The notes below the pieces were generated by a model. It was given only the letters and a program-made list of their open reading frames with translations, ran no database searches and was not told the DNA's origin. This document shows positions 27,973-36,703 of a DNA stretch of 64,000 nucleotides, piece after piece; the stretch's first letter is position 1; the number at the start of each line of letters is the position of its first letter. The stretch is from Spirochaetota bacterium (GTDB lineage: Bacteria > Spirochaetota > UBA4802 > UBA5550): NCBI GenBank assembly GCA_963663865.1, contig OY760686.1, forward strand, positions 1,824,001-1,888,000. The letters run 5' to 3'. The position numbers were made by a program, and so were the translations under genes.

Positions 27973-29453
27973 ATCGCTTCCTTTTGTTTTCTTCCGCGCA
28001 CATGCCACTCGTACATCGCAAGAGTTGCCGCAATGGGAGCGTTTAGAGATTCCACGCAGTCGGAAAGAGGCAGTGAAAAGGAGTTCTTTCTCAATGCTTC
28101 CGGAAGCCCAGGGCCCTCAAGGCCGGGTATCAGGATAAAGCTTTCGGGGAAACTGGCAGCCTCTATCGGTTCGCCCGAGCTGTCGAGGGACATTACCGGG
28201 CAGCAGAGTGACTCGGGATCAATATCGTATATCGACGGCCCCCTGAATATCTCAGCTGAGAATACCGTACCGGAAGAAGATCTTACGGCCCTGGGGTGAT
28301 AGGGGTTCGCGGCCTCCTGGAGCATTACCATGCGTTTTATTCCCATAGCGCATGCGCTTCTGATGACAGTGCCTACATTGGCCGGATCCTGAAACGGAAT
28401 CATCAGCGTGCATCCGGGGGAGGGCTGCCTGTCCCATTCGGCTACGAACGGCACTCTCACTGTGAGAAGTGGCGACTCCGTTTTATAAAGATCAATCTCG
28501 TTAAAAAGGGCTTTTTTAAGAATTATAAGCTTTCCTCTTTCGTGATAATCCATCATAATCTGATTAAAGTTATCGTTCTTTTCGCTGTATCCGTCAAAGA
28601 TGATAAGGTGCTCTTTTTTTATGTCGCTGTTGTTGAGTATTTCCCTGACTATCTTTTTACCGCTTATTATTGTAGCTCCCTGCTTTTTTACGCCTTCAAC
28701 GCTGGTGAGTTTTTTTATGGTCTTGTAAGTTCTGTTGTCAGCTGAGGCGATCGGAATGCCTATTGTTTCCGATGGATCATGGAAGATATGATACTTTTTT
28801 TCAAAAGTAGAAGATGTTTTCTGGAAGATGAGCAGCCTGCGCCTGTGTGATGATTGCGGAAGCGTGTATTCGAGGTCACGGTCAACGCGGTAATCAGCGC
28901 TGTTGGAGGGGGCAAGGGCGTTAAGGTCCTTATCTGCTTCAGGACCCTTCATGAATAGTACACGGCCGCCGCCAGGGAGAAAGTGTTTGACTCTATCGAG
29001 GGTGTCGTTTACTGATTCAAGAGCCCTTGTTATTACTCCGTTAACATCGAAATACGACTTGTCGGTAACCTTGTGAGGATATATCTCTACCCTGTCAAGC
29101 CCGAGCTCAGCTATTACTGTTTCCATGAACTTGACCCTTCTGAATCTTGGCTCAGCCAGAATTATTCTCAGATTAGGCATGAAAATTTTTAGCGGAATAC
29201 CGGGAAAGCCGGCCCCTGTTCCAATGTCGACAATAGAGTCAGGTATCTCTGTCAGTCTGGTAAAGTATATTGAATCAATAAAGTGTTTAATAACGATATC
29301 CTCAAAGGTTTTAAGCCTGGTAAGGTCATACTCCTCATTGTAACGGATTAAGAGCTGGTAGAAGATGTAAAACTGATCCTCCTGGAGTCCGGTTAATGGC
29401 ATACCACAGGCGTTGAAAATATCAGTCATGTTTTCTTTTGTTCGTAATTGCAT
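27969..29453 (-). CDS. rsmG: Fusion of RsmG (16S m7G527 methyltransferase) and a TrmH/SpoU-family SPOUT methyltransferase
   Basis: N-half KHFIDS, DIGTGAGFPGIPL, TRA, MKG; C-half QDPANVGTVIRSA, GLEGPGL, ESLN; one uninterrupted ORF. Confidence 0.9.
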   Translation of the reverse strand: MQLRTKENMTDIFNACGMPLTGLQEDQFYIFYQLLIRYNEEYDLTRLKTFEDIVIKHFIDSIYFTRLTEIPDSIVDIGTGAGFPGIPLKIFMPNLRIILAEPRFRRVKFMETVIAELGLDRVEIYPHKVTDKSYFDVNGVITRALESVNDTLDRVKHFLPGGGRVLFMKGPEADKDLNALAPSNSADYRVDRDLEYTLPQSSHRRRLLIFQKTSSTFEKKYHIFHDPSETIGIPIASADNRTYKTIKKLTSVEGVKKQGATIISGKKIVREILNNSDIKKEHLIIFDGYSEKNDNFNQIMMDYHERGKLIILKKALFNEIDLYKTESPLLTVRVPFVAEWDRQPSPGCTLMIPFQDPANVGTVIRSACAMGIKRMVMLQEAANPYHPRAVRSSSGTVFSAEIFRGPSIYDIDPESLCCPVMSLDSSGEPIEAASFPESFILIPGLEGPGLPEALRKNSFSLPLSDCVESLNAPIAATLAMYEWHVRGRKQKEAI

Positions 29454-29507
29454 ATTCCTCTGTAGGGGGCTGATTTATAGTAATGGTATCATGCAACACT
29501 TATTGAC

Positions 29508-29544
29508 AAAACCTGAAAAGTAAATAAAGTGACTTTCAGGTTTT
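29508..29544. promoter_or_regulatory. 11-bp inverted repeat overlapping a sigma70-like promoter in the divergent rsmG/ykgJ gap
   Basis: AAAACCTGAAA-N15-TTTCAGGTTTT, beginning at the last base of TTGACA (29503-29508). Confidence 0.5.
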
Positions 29545-29640
29545 AACATTTACCCTTGCCGTTGAGTTGCGCGATGCGTTAAGGTTATAATTTATTTGTG
29601 ACGGAAAATATCAATAACAAAATGGATACGGGTTTTAAAG

Positions 29641-30021
29641 ATGGATAATGACGAATTTATACCACCATGCGATGAATGCGGAGGGACTTGCTGCCGCTAT
29701 GTGGCCATTGAAATAGACAGGCCGGCAACAAAGACTGACTATGATCATATAAGATGGTATCTTCTGCACGAAAAGGTTAATGTTTTTGTCGATCATGACA
29801 GGAAATGGTATGTTGAATTCAGGACACCATGCACGAAACAGTTTCCTGACAACCGCTGCGGAATTTATGAAGAAAGGCCCAATATCTGCAGGGGGCATGG
29901 TACCGGGGAGGGAGAATGTGAATTTTATGATTCTCCATACAGCCTCTATTTTTCTACAGAAGAGGAGTTTGTGAATTATCTTGATTCTAAAAACCGCAAT
30001 TGGAGATTCAAAAAGCGCTGA
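29641..30021 (+). CDS. YkgJ family cysteine-cluster (CxxCxxxCC) protein
   Basis: CDECGGTCC...C...RCGIYEERPNICR. Confidence 0.88.
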   Translation: MDNDEFIPPCDECGGTCCRYVAIEIDRPATKTDYDHIRWYLLHEKVNVFVDHDRKWYVEFRTPCTKQFPDNRCGIYEERPNICRGHGTGEGECEFYDSPYSLYFSTEEEFVNYLDSKNRNWRFKKR

Positions 30022-30040
30022 AACGCTTTTATTAAGATAT

Positions 30041-30067
30041 CAAGTGAATCATAATATCTTCCGAAAA
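30041..30067 (+). promoter_or_regulatory. Possible sigma28-type promoter of the LysM/M23 gene
   Basis: CAAG-N15-TCCGAAAA, 7 nt before the ATG. Confidence 0.35.
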
Positions 30068-30074
30068 TCCTGTT

Positions 30075-31238
30075 ATGAAGGTTAAACGTTCAAAGACAAT
30101 TGCTGCAGCGGCCATTTTAATTGTAAGCGGGGCTGTGCTTCTTCTCAGGGCACAGAACCGAACTCAGGAAGGCCTGAGCAGCGCCGAGTTGGCTGATATT
30201 GAAAATGCTATAATTATCAACGGCATTGAAATGTCAAGCGATGAGCCGCAAATTATTGATGAGGAGACTGATTCCAAAACCGGGCAATCGGCCGGTAAAA
30301 TTATATACGATGACTCCATTGTCTCTGTCGGAGCGGAAGAGGTTCAAACACTTCCACAGGGAAAAGGCAAAAGCAGCGATTTCCCGTCAGGCAAAACCAT
30401 CATGGAATCGCTGAAAAAAAAGGACGGCCGTTTTCATCTCGTTGACTATGTTATTCAAAGCGGAGACAATCTCTGGAACATCGCTGAAAGGTGCGGAGTC
30501 AGCCATACCGATCTGATTCACTTAAACGGCATAAGAAACGCTGACTGCATCAGGTCGGGAAGAATAATAAAAGTGCCGTCCAGGGCGGGGGTATATCATA
30601 CTGTAAAAAAAGGAGATACGCTTACAGAGCTTGCTTCAGTTTATAATGCTGATGTCGAGCGTATTGAGCGTCATAACAAAATAAAAAAGTCGTTGATTAT
30701 TGCTGGAGAGCGGATTTTTATTCCTGACGGGCGAAGGCCCCGGGAAGCAAAGGCAGATGTTTCTCCCAACCGCAGCGGGGGCGGGATGATTTCGTCAGCC
30801 AAAACGAAGAAAACACAGATTGCTTCCTCTGCCAAAAAGTCATCAACGTTGTCGGGGCTCAAGTTCGCATGGCCTCTCAGGGGCCGAATAACCTCCGGAT
30901 TCGGAAGAAGAACCAATCCTATTGAGGGCGGGAAGCACTTTCATTGCGGAATCGATATCAGCGTAAATTCCGGGACTCCCGTAAAAGCCGCAGAGAGCGG
31001 GAAAGTAATCTTCAGCGGATGGAAGGGCGGATACGGAAAGGCCGTCATTATTCGTCATGCCGGCGGCTATATATCAGTCTATGCCCACAACAGTGAAAAT
31101 CTTTGCAGTCCGGGACAGGCGGTTAAAAAGGGTGAGGTTGTAGCGAAGTCTGGAATGACAGGAGCTGTAACCGGTGCACACCTGCATTTTGAGATAAGAA
31201 AATATGTTACGCCCCTCAATCCAATGAGGTTTCTATGA
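30075..31238 (+). CDS. LysM (x2) plus M23 metallopeptidase
   Basis: YVIQSGDNLWNIA and HTVKKGDTL LysM repeats; HCGIDI, YAHN, TGAHLHFEIR. Confidence 0.92.
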   Translation: MKVKRSKTIAAAAILIVSGAVLLLRAQNRTQEGLSSAELADIENAIIINGIEMSSDEPQIIDEETDSKTGQSAGKIIYDDSIVSVGAEEVQTLPQGKGKSSDFPSGKTIMESLKKKDGRFHLVDYVIQSGDNLWNIAERCGVSHTDLIHLNGIRNADCIRSGRIIKVPSRAGVYHTVKKGDTLTELASVYNADVERIERHNKIKKSLIIAGERIFIPDGRRPREAKADVSPNRSGGGMISSAKTKKTQIASSAKKSSTLSGLKFAWPLRGRITSGFGRRTNPIEGGKHFHCGIDISVNSGTPVKAAESGKVIFSGWKGGYGKAVIIRHAGGYISVYAHNSENLCSPGQAVKKGEVVAKSGMTGAVTGAHLHFEIRKYVTPLNPMRFL

Positions 31239-32311
31239 GTTCAGTTTTGCGTATCTCCATTTGTCTTCTTTCTTTGCTTGCGGTCTCCAACTTGAGCGAA
31301 GTTGAAGCAGTCCAGCTCAAAAGGACCGGGCCGGAACGGACCAGCGCCTTCTATTCTCAGGCTGATCAGCATGGCTGGTCTGTAGATGTCGTCGGTAAGA
31401 TAATGTCATTTTCATCTCTGGATTATGCGGATGGCGATAACCTTTCCGGTAAAGCCAGAGTAAAATCGGCGGTTACAGTCCGACTCTTTGAACAGCAGGG
31501 AATAAGGGAAGGTGATGAACTCTTCGTAATCGATTCAAAAAATCTGATAACAGCGCGTATAAATGTAAAGAGAGTTTTTCAGTCAAAGTCTTTTGGATGG
31601 ATGATGATCGGAAACGGTAATTTTCGCAACTGCAGGCAAAACGACAGGGTAGTTCAGCGAAGGGTCTCCGGAGCTTCTGATTATGCCAATATTCACAGGG
31701 TGCGGGGCGACTATTTCCGCAATACTGGAGACAACGGGAAGGCCATCTTCGAATATAAAAACGCTATCAAACTCGATCCGGGATGTCCTGAAGCAAGAAT
31801 GGGGCTTGGCCTTCTCTATCTTCAGGACAATATGCTTCAATTTGCCTTCAATGAGCTCCTTCTGGCTTACGGCCGGCTCAGCCATGTGTATGACAGGGAG
31901 GACAGGTTTTTAATACTGGGCGGACTGGCGCAAATACGTTTCAGGGAATACTTCGAACTGGATTTACCGGAAAGCAGGCTTGTGAAATTCCGTGATGAAG
32001 GAATCAAATACTGCGAGGAAGCTCTCAAGTACTATCCTCAATCAGCGGAAATTAACTACTATCTGGGCAGGTTCTATTACCGACCTTCAACCGTACCGGA
32101 AAAAGATGATGAAAGAGCAAGGGATTATTTCATGAAGGTTGTACAGTTTGATCCAGGTCACGCGGGGGCAAATACAGCTCTGGCCGAACTGTACTTGAAA
32201 TACAGAAACCGGGATAAGGCCTTATACTACGCGAACCGGATTCTCGAATATGACAGCAGCAACGGCAGAGCGAAGCAGCTAATCAAGTATATTGAAGAAT
32301 ATAACCGGTAG
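31235..32311 (+). CDS. Exported TPR-repeat protein
   Basis: Signal peptide, beta-rich N-domain, several TPRs (AIKLDPGCPEARMGLG, AEINYYLGRFY); overlaps the upstream gene by 4 nt. Confidence 0.75.
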   Translation: MSSVLRISICLLSLLAVSNLSEVEAVQLKRTGPERTSAFYSQADQHGWSVDVVGKIMSFSSLDYADGDNLSGKARVKSAVTVRLFEQQGIREGDELFVIDSKNLITARINVKRVFQSKSFGWMMIGNGNFRNCRQNDRVVQRRVSGASDYANIHRVRGDYFRNTGDNGKAIFEYKNAIKLDPGCPEARMGLGLLYLQDNMLQFAFNELLLAYGRLSHVYDREDRFLILGGLAQIRFREYFELDLPESRLVKFRDEGIKYCEEALKYYPQSAEINYYLGRFYYRPSTVPEKDDERARDYFMKVVQFDPGHAGANTALAELYLKYRNRDKALYYANRILEYDSSNGRAKQLIKYIEEYNR

Positions 32312-32342
32312 AAACCGGATTAGTCGGGGGGCTTGCTGAATA

Positions 32343-32810
32343 ATGTTCAACCTGCTGACTTCTTTGCTTGCTGTGTCATTTCTGATACATCTTTTTTCAA
32401 TACCACAATATATCAGATCGGATAATCCTGAGAAACGAAAGCGTTTCTTTTTGCTTTTTATCTTTAGCGGTGCGCTCAACAGCGGTTTGATGACGGCGCT
32501 GGCAGTTGTTGTTTTCAAAAACCCCGGCAGTTTAAGTACATTTGATTTAACTCTGACCCTGTGGGTGGCCTCAGGCGGTGTCTTTTTTGTCACTATCTGG
32601 ATTCAGATCTCAATTCTTTTCAGAATCTACCGACGGAGCCGTAATCCTGAATTCTTCCATATAAATTATTTCGGTAAAAAAGTCTACAATACGAAAATTA
32701 CGGGCAAAAATGACCTTGTCCTAATGTTTGCTACATTGCCATTGTTCCTCTTTTCTGGAGCATATTTTACGGCGAGGCTTATCAATTTAATTCGTAACGG
32801 CGAGATATAA
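32343..32810 (+). CDS. Hypothetical membrane protein (about 4 TM)
   Basis: Hydrophobic segments; GGGGG RBS-like upstream. Confidence 0.65.
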   Translation: MFNLLTSLLAVSFLIHLFSIPQYIRSDNPEKRKRFFLLFIFSGALNSGLMTALAVVVFKNPGSLSTFDLTLTLWVASGGVFFVTIWIQISILFRIYRRSRNPEFFHINYFGKKVYNTKITGKNDLVLMFATLPLFLFSGAYFTARLINLIRNGEI

Positions 32811-32904
32811 ATTCAGTCAAATTCCAGTTATTAAAAACGCTATTCAGGATTACGCTTAAAACTGTTATTGACAACAGCTGAATCAGCATATTTTATGAAA
32901 AAAA

Positions 32905-33948
32905 ATGATTCAGCAGGCTAATATGAAAACATCGTTCTTTCCGGCGGAATGGCACAACCAGAGCTGTGTCCAGCTGACGTGGCCTCATTCTGAAACCGAC
33001 TGGGCCGATAACCTCAAAGCTGTATCGCAGTGTTTTGCTACTATCGCTTCGGCTGTTGCGGAGAGAGAAAAAGTATTGATAGTATGCCGTTCAAGGCAGG
33101 AGGTTCTGCCTTATCTCGCAAACTGCCCTCCGGAAAACCTGATAATATCTGAGATACAGACAAACGATACATGGGCTCGGGACCATGGAGGCATTACTGT
33201 TTATGAAAACGGCAGGCCAGTAATCCTTGATTTTAAATTTAACGGATGGGGCCTTAAATTCCCTGCGTCTCTGGACAATCTGATAACATCTTCACTTTTT
33301 GAAAAGGGTGTTTTTGCTCCGACTGTACAGTACAATAACTGTCTTGATTTTGTTCTTGAAGGAGGCAGTATCGAATCTGACGGAGCGGGAACAATCCTGA
33401 CTACCTCAGAATGCCTGCTGTCAAAAAACCGAAATGGAGCCTTCACAAGGGATGATATTGATTCGATACTCCGGAAAAGGCTTTACGCTAAAAGGGTGCT
33501 TTTCCTGGACAGCGGCTTCCTTGAAGGAGACGATACCGACAGCCATATAGACACGCTGGCACGTTTTGTCTCAGAGGACACAATAGCCTATGTCGAATGC
33601 ACCGACAAAGGCGACGTACACTATGACGCACTGGCTAAAATGAAGGAACAGCTGGAAACCTTCACTACAGCCGGAGGTAAGCCGTACAGGCTTGTGGCAC
33701 TGCCGATGGCAGAAGCGGCGTATGACAGCGGGCACAGGCTTCCGGCAACCTACGCAAACTTTTTAATAATTAACGGCGCTGTTCTGATGCCTCTGTATAA
33801 GACACCCGCTGATGACCTCGCCGCGGACATACTCAGCTCGCTTTTTCCTGACAGGGACATAACGGGAATTGACTGCAGGGCCCTGATTAAGCAGCATGGT
33901 TCACTGCACTGTGTCACGATGCAGTATCCTGAAGGAGTTTTACCATGA
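32905..33948 (+). CDS. aguA: Agmatine deiminase family protein
   Basis: PAEW, WPH, DTWARDHG, FNGWG, LEGGSIE, DDTDSHID, YANF, GSLHCVT. Confidence 0.93.
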   Translation: MIQQANMKTSFFPAEWHNQSCVQLTWPHSETDWADNLKAVSQCFATIASAVAEREKVLIVCRSRQEVLPYLANCPPENLIISEIQTNDTWARDHGGITVYENGRPVILDFKFNGWGLKFPASLDNLITSSLFEKGVFAPTVQYNNCLDFVLEGGSIESDGAGTILTTSECLLSKNRNGAFTRDDIDSILRKRLYAKRVLFLDSGFLEGDDTDSHIDTLARFVSEDTIAYVECTDKGDVHYDALAKMKEQLETFTTAGGKPYRLVALPMAEAAYDSGHRLPATYANFLIINGAVLMPLYKTPADDLAADILSSLFPDRDITGIDCRALIKQHGSLHCVTMQYPEGVLP

Positions 33949-34826
33949 AACAATTTAAAGCAGCTCTTATACAGATATCACATGGGGGAAGCAAAGAGGC
34001 CAACCTTGAAAAGCTCAGATTAAAGATAACTGAAGCGGCGGGGAAAGGCGCACATGTTGTGGTTTTGCCAGAGCTTCACAACACAGAGTATTTTTGCCAG
34101 ACGGAAAATGTCGAATGTTTCGATTTGGCAGAGGCTGTTCCCGGTCCTTCAACAGAGTATTTTGGCCGGATCGCTGCTGAATTGGGTGTAGTTATTGTAT
34201 GCTCTCTGTTTGAAAAAAGGGCTCCCGGTCTATATCACAATACGGCGGCGGTTATCGAGAAGGACGGCAAGCTGGCCGGGGTTTATCGCAAAATGCATAT
34301 TCCGGATGATCCGGGTTTTTATGAGAAGTTCTACTTTGCGCCGGGTGATCTGGGCTTCAAACCCATAGAGACTTCAGTGGGAACGCTTGGAGTGCTGATC
34401 TGCTGGGATCAGTGGTATCCTGAGGCGGCAAGGCTCATGGCCATGGCAGGAAGCGACGTTCTGATATATCCTACAGCGATTGGATGGAATCCCGATGACA
34501 ATGATGATGAAAAGCTCAGACAGCTTGATGCCTGGTCGATATCACAGCGTGCGCACGCTGTAGCTAACGGCATTCCCGTTATCGCAGTGAACAGGACAGG
34601 GCACGAGAAAGATCCTTCGGGGATAACATCCGGAATAAAGTTCTGGGGGGGCAGTTTCGCCGCGGGAGCTCAGGGAGAGATAATCTCAAAGGCGGACGAG
34701 ACCGAGTGTATCATTTACGCAGATATTGATAAAAGCCGGACTGAGGAAGTGAGAAGGATTTGGCCGTTTTTCAGAGACAGAAGAATTGACTCTTTCAGCG
34801 CGGTGACAGAGAGGTATATCAAATGA
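33945..34826 (+). CDS. aguB: N-carbamoylputrescine amidohydrolase (nitrilase superfamily)
   Basis: LPEL, YRKMHIPDDPGFYEKFYF, ICWDQWYPE, YPTAIG; overlaps aguA by 4 nt. Confidence 0.93.
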   Translation: MKQFKAALIQISHGGSKEANLEKLRLKITEAAGKGAHVVVLPELHNTEYFCQTENVECFDLAEAVPGPSTEYFGRIAAELGVVIVCSLFEKRAPGLYHNTAAVIEKDGKLAGVYRKMHIPDDPGFYEKFYFAPGDLGFKPIETSVGTLGVLICWDQWYPEAARLMAMAGSDVLIYPTAIGWNPDDNDDEKLRQLDAWSISQRAHAVANGIPVIAVNRTGHEKDPSGITSGIKFWGGSFAAGAQGEIISKADETECIIYADIDKSRTEEVRRIWPFFRDRRIDSFSAVTERYIK

Positions 34827-35272
34827 GCAGAATAAAAACAGCGGCAGCAAGCTTCATCAGGAAGGTCTATATCCTCACCAGTATTTTAGGAATTGCAGTC
34901 ACCGCATCATGCGCCGGTAAAGAGTTCAGAAGCGAAGCAAAAGTGGAGCTGAAGCCAGTTAGATCGGAGAGCTCTTTTATGTTTGAACTTCCAACATATT
35001 ACATAACAACTGCTGACAGGCATCCCCGAATGGGAACCCTCAGCATATCAATAGAGATAAATCCGGAAATTGTATCGCGGAAGACTGTAAACTCACAAAT
35101 AGAGATTATGAACAGGGCCGTTGATGGCCTGCTCAGAAACAAAAAACAGTCAGATTTAAACTCACCGGAAGCAATTGAGAGGCTGAGAGCTGAGATTAAA
35201 ATGTCTCTCAACTCGGAGCTCAAGCTTCACTTTGTCAAGTCGGTTACGATAAGACATCTGAATATCGATTAG
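34823..35272 (+). CDS. FliL-like protein, possibly a lipoprotein
   Basis: AVTASC lipobox-like; C-terminal LLRNKKQSDLNSPEAIERLRAEIKMSLN...VKSV resembles FliL. Confidence 0.6.
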   Translation: MSRIKTAAASFIRKVYILTSILGIAVTASCAGKEFRSEAKVELKPVRSESSFMFELPTYYITTADRHPRMGTLSISIEINPEIVSRKTVNSQIEIMNRAVDGLLRNKKQSDLNSPEAIERLRAEIKMSLNSELKLHFVKSVTIRHLNID

Positions 35273-35323
35273 AACTCTGAATGCCGCCGCATGTAACCGA
35301 GAACCTGAATTCCTGAAAAAGAA

Positions 35324-36661
35324 ATGGTTAATATGCTAAAAAGAATAGCTTTATTTCTCTGTCTCTTTTCGCTTATAGCCGGCTGGCACGTAAATGCCTC
35401 AGCCACAAACGGAAATGGAAGCAACGACGATGATTATTTTTACGAAAAGGCATACAATGAAAAACTAAAGGCTGACTTTATAAAAAAGAACGGGGATATC
35501 CCCCTTCTTGAAATTGATATTAATGGCTTAAAAAGAACTTCCAGAACAGTAATTGACAATGAGCTTGAGATTAAAGAAGGAGAGCCAGTTTCGCGCTTTG
35601 ACTCTTACCGCTTTGTCAACCGCCTGAAAAGAACCGGACTTTTCGCGAAGATCAGACTGGATTTTGCCGAAGAACAGCAAAAAGCGGTCATCAGGGTGTC
35701 TCTTGTCGAAAAAAGGGGATTTCTTGTGCTTCCAATGGTGGCGGGCAATAAAAAAAATGTGTCTGCCGGAGCTATGGTTATTGATATGAACTTTCTGGGA
35801 ATGAATAAGAAGCTTTTTACAGCCGGTACATATTCTAACAAGTATTCGACGGCGATGTGCGGCTATATTGATCCGTCAGTTTTTAACAGCGATTTCCAGG
35901 GCGGTGCATTTCTGACTTACAGGCATTCCGTTGAAGAGATACTGGATTACAATGGTACAAGGCTTAGCGAATTCAAGTCCGATGTAATGAGATTCTCAGC
36001 TTTTTACGGCTACCGGTTGAATGACATTCTTATATTTAACATAAAGGCTGGGTACAATCTCGGAATGGTTGATGAAAAATACAGCGGAAGCTACAACGTT
36101 CCGGATGATCAGCAGAATATCTTTTACGGATTATCCCTCAGATACGACGGGCTTTCATATTACGAACACCTGTATTTCGGTTATGATTCATCGATTGAAG
36201 CGAACAGAAATAACGGTTTAACCACTGATGACGAATCATATATGTCCTATGAGATCAAGTCCTCCTACTCATTCAGGGTTTTCGGAAGGCACAGAATAAC
36301 GCTCTCGGGTATTGGGAGATGGAGCGGTGTTCCGAATGTGCTGAAAAACTCAATAGGGGGTAAGTACGGCCATTTTACTGTTCCAGGTGATGTCGTGATA
36401 ACCGGCAAGGATGCAAGTGTCTCAATGTTTTACGAACATCAAATTGCTTCATTCAAGTGGGGGGCCATTACATTGTTGACCTTCTGGGAGCATGGTGTAT
36501 ATGAAAGGCTTAATGGCGGTCCCGCATGGAGCTATGGACCCGGAGCCGGAGCAAATTTTTACCTGAACAGAATAGCCCTTCCAGCGATGGGACTGTATTT
36601 CGCGCATAATGTTGAGAGCAAGAAAATAGAAATAAGCTTCAGTATCGGTATGATGATGTGA
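35324..36661 (+). CDS. Omp85/BamA-TamA-like outer-membrane protein with a single POTRA
   Basis: Signal peptide; POTRA IDINGLKRT...LKRTGLF...VSLVEK; DMNFLG barrel start; amphipathic strands ending FSIG. Confidence 0.72.
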   Translation: MVNMLKRIALFLCLFSLIAGWHVNASATNGNGSNDDDYFYEKAYNEKLKADFIKKNGDIPLLEIDINGLKRTSRTVIDNELEIKEGEPVSRFDSYRFVNRLKRTGLFAKIRLDFAEEQQKAVIRVSLVEKRGFLVLPMVAGNKKNVSAGAMVIDMNFLGMNKKLFTAGTYSNKYSTAMCGYIDPSVFNSDFQGGAFLTYRHSVEEILDYNGTRLSEFKSDVMRFSAFYGYRLNDILIFNIKAGYNLGMVDEKYSGSYNVPDDQQNIFYGLSLRYDGLSYYEHLYFGYDSSIEANRNNGLTTDDESYMSYEIKSSYSFRVFGRHRITLSGIGRWSGVPNVLKNSIGGKYGHFTVPGDVVITGKDASVSMFYEHQIASFKWGAITLLTFWEHGVYERLNGGPAWSYGPGAGANFYLNRIALPAMGLYFAHNVESKKIEISFSIGMMM

Positions 36662-36691
36662 TTCAGGCAGACCGCCAAGGCCTGCCTGAAT
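36661..36691. terminator. Hairpin between the convergent omp85-like gene and pgk
   Basis: ATTCAGGCAG...CTGCCTGAAT 10-bp stem. Confidence 0.6.
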
Positions 36692-36703
36692 GAAAGTGCG
36701 GTT

